Origin: a virus
Lineage: Duplodnaviria > Caudoviricetes
Virus record (IMG/VR): IMGVR_UViG_3300035505_000313
Coordinates: 11,501 to 75,500 of that record
Strand: one strand, 5' to 3'
DNA: 64,000 nt
In this document: one piece after another, positions 58,658 to 64,000 of the stretch
Layout: each line of letters starts with the position of its first letter
Position numbering within the stretch: position 1 is the stretch's first letter
The notes under the pieces: generated by a model
Databases searched by the model: none
Told to the model about the DNA's origin: nothing
Seen by the model: only the letters and a program-made list of their open reading frames with translations
Position numbers and translations under genes: made by a program

Positions 58658-59320
58658 ATGGGTTTTGAAGATTTTATGAATTTACCAGAGGAAAGCAATA
58701 AAGAGTTTGTTAAGGTTAACGAATTCTTTGATTTGAAGGATGACAATGCTATCAATTTGTGTATTATCACTGGACCAAGTGGAAGTGGTAAATCAACATT
58801 TGAGAAATGCTTAACAACTGCTTTTGCTAACCACGAGCTGTTCTTCAAGCTTCCTCAAGTAACAACAAGAGATATCAGAGAAAATGAAACTGGTGATGAA
58901 TACTATTTCATCAGCAAAGAAACCTACAACAATTTAGATGGAATTCTAATTGGTAGAGTTACTGCTGATAAAGATAGTTTTATGAACTATTATGGTACTT
59001 TGCCTTTATATCGAAAAGGTAAGATAAACACACTAATATTAGCTCCAGAAGGTATCAATGATACTTTGGTTTTGTTAGAGCAGTATAAAAATTTGAAAGT
59101 GTTAATTATTAATCTTGATATTGAGTGGAATGAAGTTGACCCATCAGGTTTCAGAGAGGGAAGGAATGAGGAATTCTTTCAACGTGAAAGAGAAGGAATC
59201 GAATACGTTATTAGGTCGTGTAAACGGAGATATCCTAATCTTGTTAAGATTATAACTCATAAACATTCTGATTGGGGAAGATTTCCACTTGCAACTGACA
59301 TTTTTGATTTTACAGAGTAA
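58658..59320 (+). CDS. Guanylate kinase-like P-loop kinase
   Basis: ITGPSGSGKST, QVTTRDIRENE...YYFIS...F, YYGT. Confidence 0.75.
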   Translation: MGFEDFMNLPEESNKEFVKVNEFFDLKDDNAINLCIITGPSGSGKSTFEKCLTTAFANHELFFKLPQVTTRDIRENETGDEYYFISKETYNNLDGILIGRVTADKDSFMNYYGTLPLYRKGKINTLILAPEGINDTLVLLEQYKNLKVLIINLDIEWNEVDPSGFREGRNEEFFQREREGIEYVIRSCKRRYPNLVKIITHKHSDWGRFPLATDIFDFTE

Positions 59321-59331
59321 GGAGAATTTGA

Positions 59332-60096
59332 ATGAGTAATCTTTATAAGAAACACAATTACCTTAATAAAGACATACTCACTCTTAGAACTACCATCAGA
59401 GAGTATGATATGTCTGAAGCAGGATTTTCACTTATTAAAGAATACTCATTACTTCCAGATGATTTGATTGAACATTTGGAGAGTGATTTCAGTAAGTCAG
59501 AAAGGACAAAGGAAATCGGAAAGCTAATGATAAACGATAAAGATTTGTCCGCTGACTTAATGAAGTCATTTGTTAAGGCAAGAAAAGGTTTCTTCTTAGC
59601 AAATGAAATTCAAGATGAAGATGTATTAGCAATTAAGAAAGACGCTATATTCATCATTGAAAAAAGATGTGAGTATCTAGAGTTTGGAGACTATATAGTA
59701 TTCAAACCAAAGAATAGGTATTCTTCATATTTGAATCTTGCAAACAAAGAGTTCTATTATTCCATATGGAAAGATGAACTTCACACAAAAGGATTTGGAG
59801 ATATACAAAGTCCAATGTTTGATGATATCAAGCATATTATGAAAATGAATGAAACGGTTAAGGACAGAAATAAGTTCTATAAAATCGTTCAGGAATATCG
59901 GAGAGATTATCTGAGTAGAGAGTTAGAAGTAGAAACTTATAGGGAACTGAATCATCAGAACCAGTTTAAATTAACTTGTGAAGCAGATACATTTGCAATC
60001 TACGCAGATTTCTTTGATGAAGAAAACGATTATATGCTAGACATCACTTATAATTACTTGACGTATATCATTCCATTAATCAATATTTTAATTTAG
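59332..60096 (+). CDS. Putative split family-B DNA polymerase catalytic fragment (jumbo-phage type)
   Basis: IREYDMSEAGFS is motif-A-like and IKKDAIF is motif-C-like. Recognition is pattern-based only. Confidence 0.5.
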   Translation: MSNLYKKHNYLNKDILTLRTTIREYDMSEAGFSLIKEYSLLPDDLIEHLESDFSKSERTKEIGKLMINDKDLSADLMKSFVKARKGFFLANEIQDEDVLAIKKDAIFIIEKRCEYLEFGDYIVFKPKNRYSSYLNLANKEFYYSIWKDELHTKGFGDIQSPMFDDIKHIMKMNETVKDRNKFYKIVQEYRRDYLSRELEVETYRELNHQNQFKLTCEADTFAIYADFFDEENDYMLDITYNYLTYIIPLINILI

Positions 60097-60108
60097 GAGG
60101 AAAGAAAA

Positions 60109-60594
60109 ATGGGCAATGTTTCAAAAGTAGATTTCATCAATGGAGGAAAGAAAGTTGATGAAGAAGTAGAGGAAAAGAAGACTTATGTGGATAAGGAAAC
60201 CACAGAAAACAAGGAGTTAATTGATACTCCACTGGAGGAAATCAGTGATGATGAACTCAAGAAGCTTGTATCTAACTTAAGCTTGTCTGATAGAGAGGGT
60301 AGAAACCTTATCTTCTTTAATAGAGATGAAGCTAAGATTTATGGTATGCAGTTGATGAAGAACATTCCTGATATCCGTTTTGTACGTATCATTGAGTGTT
60401 ATTCAATGAGATTCGGTGCAGAGAGTTTCTTCCAGATTGAGCCAATGTCTACTGAATACTTTGCAAATAATGCAAAAGTAGATGGATTTCAAAATGACGA
60501 CTTCGTTGTTTGTCCAGAGGGTATTTTAGCAGCTATTGTAGAATTGGCTAAGCGTGAGAACGCTAAGAAGAAAGAAGAAAATAAAGAGAAATAA
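60109..60594 (+). CDS. Hypothetical protein
   Basis: 161 aa with an AGGAGG RBS. Confidence 0.65.
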   Translation: MGNVSKVDFINGGKKVDEEVEEKKTYVDKETTENKELIDTPLEEISDDELKKLVSNLSLSDREGRNLIFFNRDEAKIYGMQLMKNIPDIRFVRIIECYSMRFGAESFFQIEPMSTEYFANNAKVDGFQNDDFVVCPEGILAAIVELAKRENAKKKEENKEK

Positions 60595-60615
60595 TATTTA
60601 GAGGATAATGACTTT

Positions 60616-61350
60616 TTAGTCATTATCCTCGTTTTCTTCATCTTCTTCTAACATATCTCTAAGAGATTTAATTTTTTTATCATCATCTTCGTCTTCTTCA
60701 AGTTCATCGTCATTAACGATTCTGTCATATAAAGCTAATATATCATTTTCACTATAAGGTTTGTTTGCTTTACTCATTTCTACCAAACCATTGTATATAG
60801 TAATATAGTCACTGTCTGGTTGATATTCTTCAATAAATTTATCATATCTTCCATATACCATATTCAAGTTAATGAATATCTCACCTGCATGAACTAATTG
60901 ATGTACTGTTTTACATAAAGGAACTAAACCAACTTTATGCTCTCCATGTAATTGCATTACTTTCTTAGCTACTAAAAAAGTAGATACAGGTTCTTTATTC
61001 ATTAACATATTCTCAGTTACAATAGCTACTATATCATATAAGGTAAATGGATAATGATGAAACTCTAAAGTCAATTTAGAAGTCTTTTCTTCATTAGAAA
61101 CTACATTACCTAAGATAGCACATGAGTTTAAACCTTTATCATGTAATATACCTAAGTAATGTGAATACTCATCAGAACGTCTAACTTCTTTTTCTACACC
61201 TTTGACAAATCGTTTGAAATCCTTTTCATCAAAGATAGATTCTGTATAATAAGGCAATTTAAAATAAGATTGGTCTGATGATATACCTACATTGCCATTC
61301 TTCTTAGCAAATGAACTTACGTGCATAATATTACTTCCATTAGGTATCAT
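60616..61350 (-). CDS. HNH-like protein (paralog of 52971-53678)
   Basis: CAILG...LEFHHYPF...VGLVPLCKTVHQLVH. Confidence 0.5.
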   Translation of the reverse strand: MIPNGSNIMHVSSFAKKNGNVGISSDQSYFKLPYYTESIFDEKDFKRFVKGVEKEVRRSDEYSHYLGILHDKGLNSCAILGNVVSNEEKTSKLTLEFHHYPFTLYDIVAIVTENMLMNKEPVSTFLVAKKVMQLHGEHKVGLVPLCKTVHQLVHAGEIFINLNMVYGRYDKFIEEYQPDSDYITIYNGLVEMSKANKPYSENDILALYDRIVNDDELEEDEDDDKKIKSLRDMLEEDEENEDND

Positions 61351-61390
61351 AATAAAATCCTCCTTTATAAAGTAGTTTTTCGGAACATAG

Positions 61391-61449
61391 AAAAAAAAAG
61401 AAACCTTGTTATTAGGTACAGAAAAACTAATGTTTATTCTGTTTGTGTA
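61391..61449 (-). repeat. Cassette downstream repeat, copy 2
   Basis: Identical to 12457-12515. Confidence 0.9.
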
Positions 61450-61451
61450 GC

Positions 61452-61808
61452 TTACGCTACTGCTTCTGAAGCCTTCTTATAGGCAAACTTAAGTTGCCTA
61501 TAAGTGAGAGGAAGCACATCAGTTAAGTCTACATAAGACAACATTAACTCACTAATGATGTCTGCTGTACACTTAGCCAGATGGCTATCTTTCTTAGCCA
61601 TCTGGAAGGTGGTTACAAAACGATGTACTTCTTCTGATAACTGTACATCATTTGCATAACCACTATGCTTCCTATCTTGACTATGGTAAGAAAATCTACC
61701 ATAATCCAGAAGGTCATTTGTCTGCCATAATACTTCATTTAAATGGCAAACAAATTTCTGGAACTCTTCAACTACTTCAGAAAACTCAAATTTAAAAATG
61801 TCATTCAT
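61452..61808 (-). CDS. Cassette-borne hypothetical protein (paralog of 12526-12846)
   Basis: Likely start MNDIF at 61808, because AAAAGGTAGTATT-ATGAAT is identical to copy 1. Confidence 0.7.
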   Translation of the reverse strand: MNDIFKFEFSEVVEEFQKFVCHLNEVLWQTNDLLDYGRFSYHSQDRKHSGYANDVQLSEEVHRFVTTFQMAKKDSHLAKCTADIISELMLSYVDLTDVLPLTYRQLKFAYKKASEAVA

Positions 61809-61944
61809 AATACTACCTTTTACACTGCTGGACAAGCAGTGTCCTTTCCGCTTTCGCTTTATATTTTTTATACTACAACATGAACCATACTATGTATAAT
61901 TCAAAGCGATAATATATAAAAAAAAAAGGTAATTTTACGATTTT
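61803..61944 (-). repeat. Cassette upstream repeat, copy 2
   Basis: Matches 12841-12977 in three identical blocks. Confidence 0.9.
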
Positions 61945-61986
61945 TAAAAACAGGAGAATACACATAATAGTGTATTCTCCTTTATA

Positions 61987-63366
61987 TTACAGATTGAACT
62001 GATGGATACCAAGAATTTGGTCTCTATCAAGTGAAAGTTTATTATTAAACTTACCATCATTGTTACTTATGAACATAACGTCTGGTGAAAAGATATGATA
62101 GAAGATTCTCTTTAACTCGTTATCCATAATTGCAAAGATGTTACATACATCACCATCATAGTCACCTGCAATCAAGCGTAGTAGTGAGTTATGAATACTC
62201 ATACTTAAATCGCTATAATCTTTCTTAACTCTCTTAATGGTCAAGTATAGCATACTTCCTCTGGCAATCGTAGGATTTCGATTGAGAATCATTCCACATC
62301 CATACTTTGTCTTATTTACTAATTCCATACAGATAGTGTATATCTCAGGATTGAATACTGCTTGTGCATCCAAGACATACTTCTGTGCTTCAATCAAGCT
62401 AATCTTTTTCAATTTGCTCAAGATGTTAACAATCTGGAAGGAATATAATTCTACAAATGTAAGATATGGTAATGCTACATCTGTAATTCCTCCACCAGAT
62501 TTAAGTGGTGTTATTACGTTTCTTGCTGAGAAGTTAACACGATTTCCTAACAGATTCCCCCTAATAAAACCTGTCTTACTTGATAAGTTCTCAAGTACCT
62601 TCAAGAATACTGTATTGAACTTCATCTGAATTGTATATAAGTTAGGAAGTGTTACTAACTCAAAATCTTTGTTCTCTTTATTAATCATATTTGATAATTT
62701 GATAATAAAGTTGTAACTGTTGTTAATCTCGTCAAACTTGAATACTGGTTTGTCGGATTTGTAAGAGACTGTTGCTGGTCGCAGTGATGGGTCATATACT
62801 GGAATCTTAGAGATAAATATCTCATCTTTATGTCGGTATAAGAGATTAAGGATTTCTAACTTGTCTTTATAGTCCGACTTTTGATAAAGGTACTTAATGA
62901 TACATTCTCCTTCAAATAGATTCTCTTTAAAGTACACCATACCCACATTACTGTACATTTCATCTTCGTCTACAATATTTCCATCCCTATCAATCTTCTT
63001 ATCATAACTGATAATCTTATTCAGTTTAGCTGGACCTTTAGCCAACTTTGCAAGAAGATAATAGAAGATTGGATTGATGATGTAATACTTTCTCAAATCA
63101 ATCCAGACGAAGTTCTTTAGTGAAGATTGTGTTTGTTTTACATCACTGTCACACTCTTCACAATGAAATCCCTTAAGAAATTTTCCTTTGTACTTGCCAC
63201 AATCACATTGCCAAGTAACACCTTCAGAACTACCCTTTTTACCAAAGAATAACTCTGAAAATAATCCGTCAGGAGAAAATTTCTTATCCTTAGTTAAAGG
63301 ATTAGGATTTGTTACTACCCTAGTGGGGTCGAAACGTTCTTCCATGTTGATAATTTGTGTTATCAT
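61987..63366 (-). CDS. Phage multisubunit RNA polymerase beta' N-terminal subunit (AR9/phiKZ-like)
   Basis: Zn finger CDCG...CEEC, GNRVNFSARNVI, LNRNPTI, catalytic GDYDGD. The chain ends shortly after, so beta' is split. Likely start MITQI at 63366 after AGGAGG. Confidence 0.9.
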   Translation of the reverse strand: MITQIINMEERFDPTRVVTNPNPLTKDKKFSPDGLFSELFFGKKGSSEGVTWQCDCGKYKGKFLKGFHCEECDSDVKQTQSSLKNFVWIDLRKYYIINPIFYYLLAKLAKGPAKLNKIISYDKKIDRDGNIVDEDEMYSNVGMVYFKENLFEGECIIKYLYQKSDYKDKLEILNLLYRHKDEIFISKIPVYDPSLRPATVSYKSDKPVFKFDEINNSYNFIIKLSNMINKENKDFELVTLPNLYTIQMKFNTVFLKVLENLSSKTGFIRGNLLGNRVNFSARNVITPLKSGGGITDVALPYLTFVELYSFQIVNILSKLKKISLIEAQKYVLDAQAVFNPEIYTICMELVNKTKYGCGMILNRNPTIARGSMLYLTIKRVKKDYSDLSMSIHNSLLRLIAGDYDGDVCNIFAIMDNELKRIFYHIFSPDVMFISNNDGKFNNKLSLDRDQILGIHQFNL

Positions 63367-63407
63367 ATTAAACCTCCTGTAATAATATTTTTTCCTTAAT
63401 CTATTGT

Positions 63408-63417
63408 ATAATATATA
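63408..63417 (-). promoter_or_regulatory. TATATATTAT putative early promoter upstream of the RNAP subunit
   Basis: The same 10-mer lies upstream of genes at 3280, 7921, 11169, 12942, 19828 and 61909. Confidence 0.5.
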
Positions 63418-63464
63418 TTTAAAGGAAAAATGAGGGAATAGCATATCAGCTATTCCCTCTATGA

Positions 63465-64000
63465 TTATTTGAATAATTTTTCGAAGAGTCTTTTGAAGAA
63501 ACCTTTCTTATGTACTTTAGTGATTTCATAGCAGCATTGACAATCTTCTGGGTTTCCATTAGTATCGTCGCCTGACGTTTCTTCTTCAGAACATTCTTGT
63601 TCATCTGTTTCTTCTTCACATTCATCGTCATCATCTTCTCCTACAACTGAAACATCTGTAGTTTCATTGTAATCAACATCTTCTTCCTCATTTACTTTCT
63701 CATCTTCATGTTCTCCATAAAGAAGAGCTTCGATAGCATCCTTATTAGTTTCATCAACATGGAAATAAGTTTCTATCTCATCATATACACACTTAACCAA
63801 TCTGTAAGCATAAGATGGTCCAAGACCTTTAATACAAAAGAGATTAAATGATTCAATGAAGATAATAAGTTGTTCAATAGTAAGAATATTGTTTTTCTGA
63901 ATAATAGATACAATATTCTTAGGAAGCGAAGCTTCAATACCAGGAAGAGTTCCATCATCAATCAAGCGAACTTTTCTTGCAAATTCTAACTTGTTAACAA
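63465..64000 (-). CDS. Protein with an RNAP alpha-CTD-like (HhH) domain and acidic tail; 5' end lies outside the window
   Basis: LPKNIVSIIQKNNILTIEQL...IKGLGP. The frame stays open to the window edge. Confidence 0.45.
   Translation of the reverse strand, partial: VNKLEFARKVRLIDDGTLPGIEASLPKNIVSIIQKNNILTIEQLIIFIESFNLFCIKGLGPSYAYRLVKCVYDEIETYFHVDETNKDAIEALLYGEHEDEKVNEEEDVDYNETTDVSVVGEDDDDECEEETDEQECSEEETSGDDTNGNPEDCQCCYEITKVHKKGFFKRLFEKLFK

Noticed and set aside
1-64000. Alternative genetic code (TAG/TGA reassignment)
   Set aside because: Known proteins are full length under the standard bacterial code, and TAG terminates genes such as infA's neighbour and rnhA at sensible positions.
1-64000. 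tRNA, rRNA or tmRNA genes
   Set aside because: No cloverleaf with T-loop GTTCRA or other hallmark was recognised by eye. A tRNAscan/ARAGORN run would be needed to exclude them fully.

Overview
AT-rich, densely coding 64 kb segment of a jumbo phage. It looks phiKZ/AR9(PBS1)-like and probably infects an anaerobic Firmicute: AGGAGG ribosome-binding sites, an anaerobic ribonucleotide reductase, and a split multisubunit RNA polymerase beta' N-terminal subunit. Recognisable genes include nrdD (split by two group I introns, one carrying a GIY-YIG endonuclease), a degenerate NrdG, PspA, a solitary HicA, RecD/Dda-like and DnaB-like helicases, an SbcD/Mre11 nuclease, baseplate and tail-fibre genes, an NlpC/P60 plus holin lysis module, four glycosyltransferases, two RNase H, IF-1, a guanylate kinase-like protein and a putative PolB fragment. 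The standout is a ~16 kb locus (33.2-49.0 kb): three radical SAM enzymes and two GT-A glycosyltransferases lie directly downstream of eight Cys/Ser/Thr/Tyr-rich ORFs, seven of them built from a CxCxxR(T) motif. The same motif is fused to a tail-fibre-type domain at 29.1 kb, and a fourth radical SAM/SPASM gene sits at 51.2 kb. One repeat protein has mirror-image covarying repeat arrays, which suggests a long antiparallel Cys-crosslinked hairpin fibre. My inference is a phage-encoded, RiPP-like maturation system for virion appendages; no database search was run, so novelty is unconfirmed. Also notable: two distant gene cassettes with near-identical flanks and a covarying 5' UTR hairpin, a candidate ~210 nt ncRNA, and AR9-type AACA-N6-TA promoter motifs.
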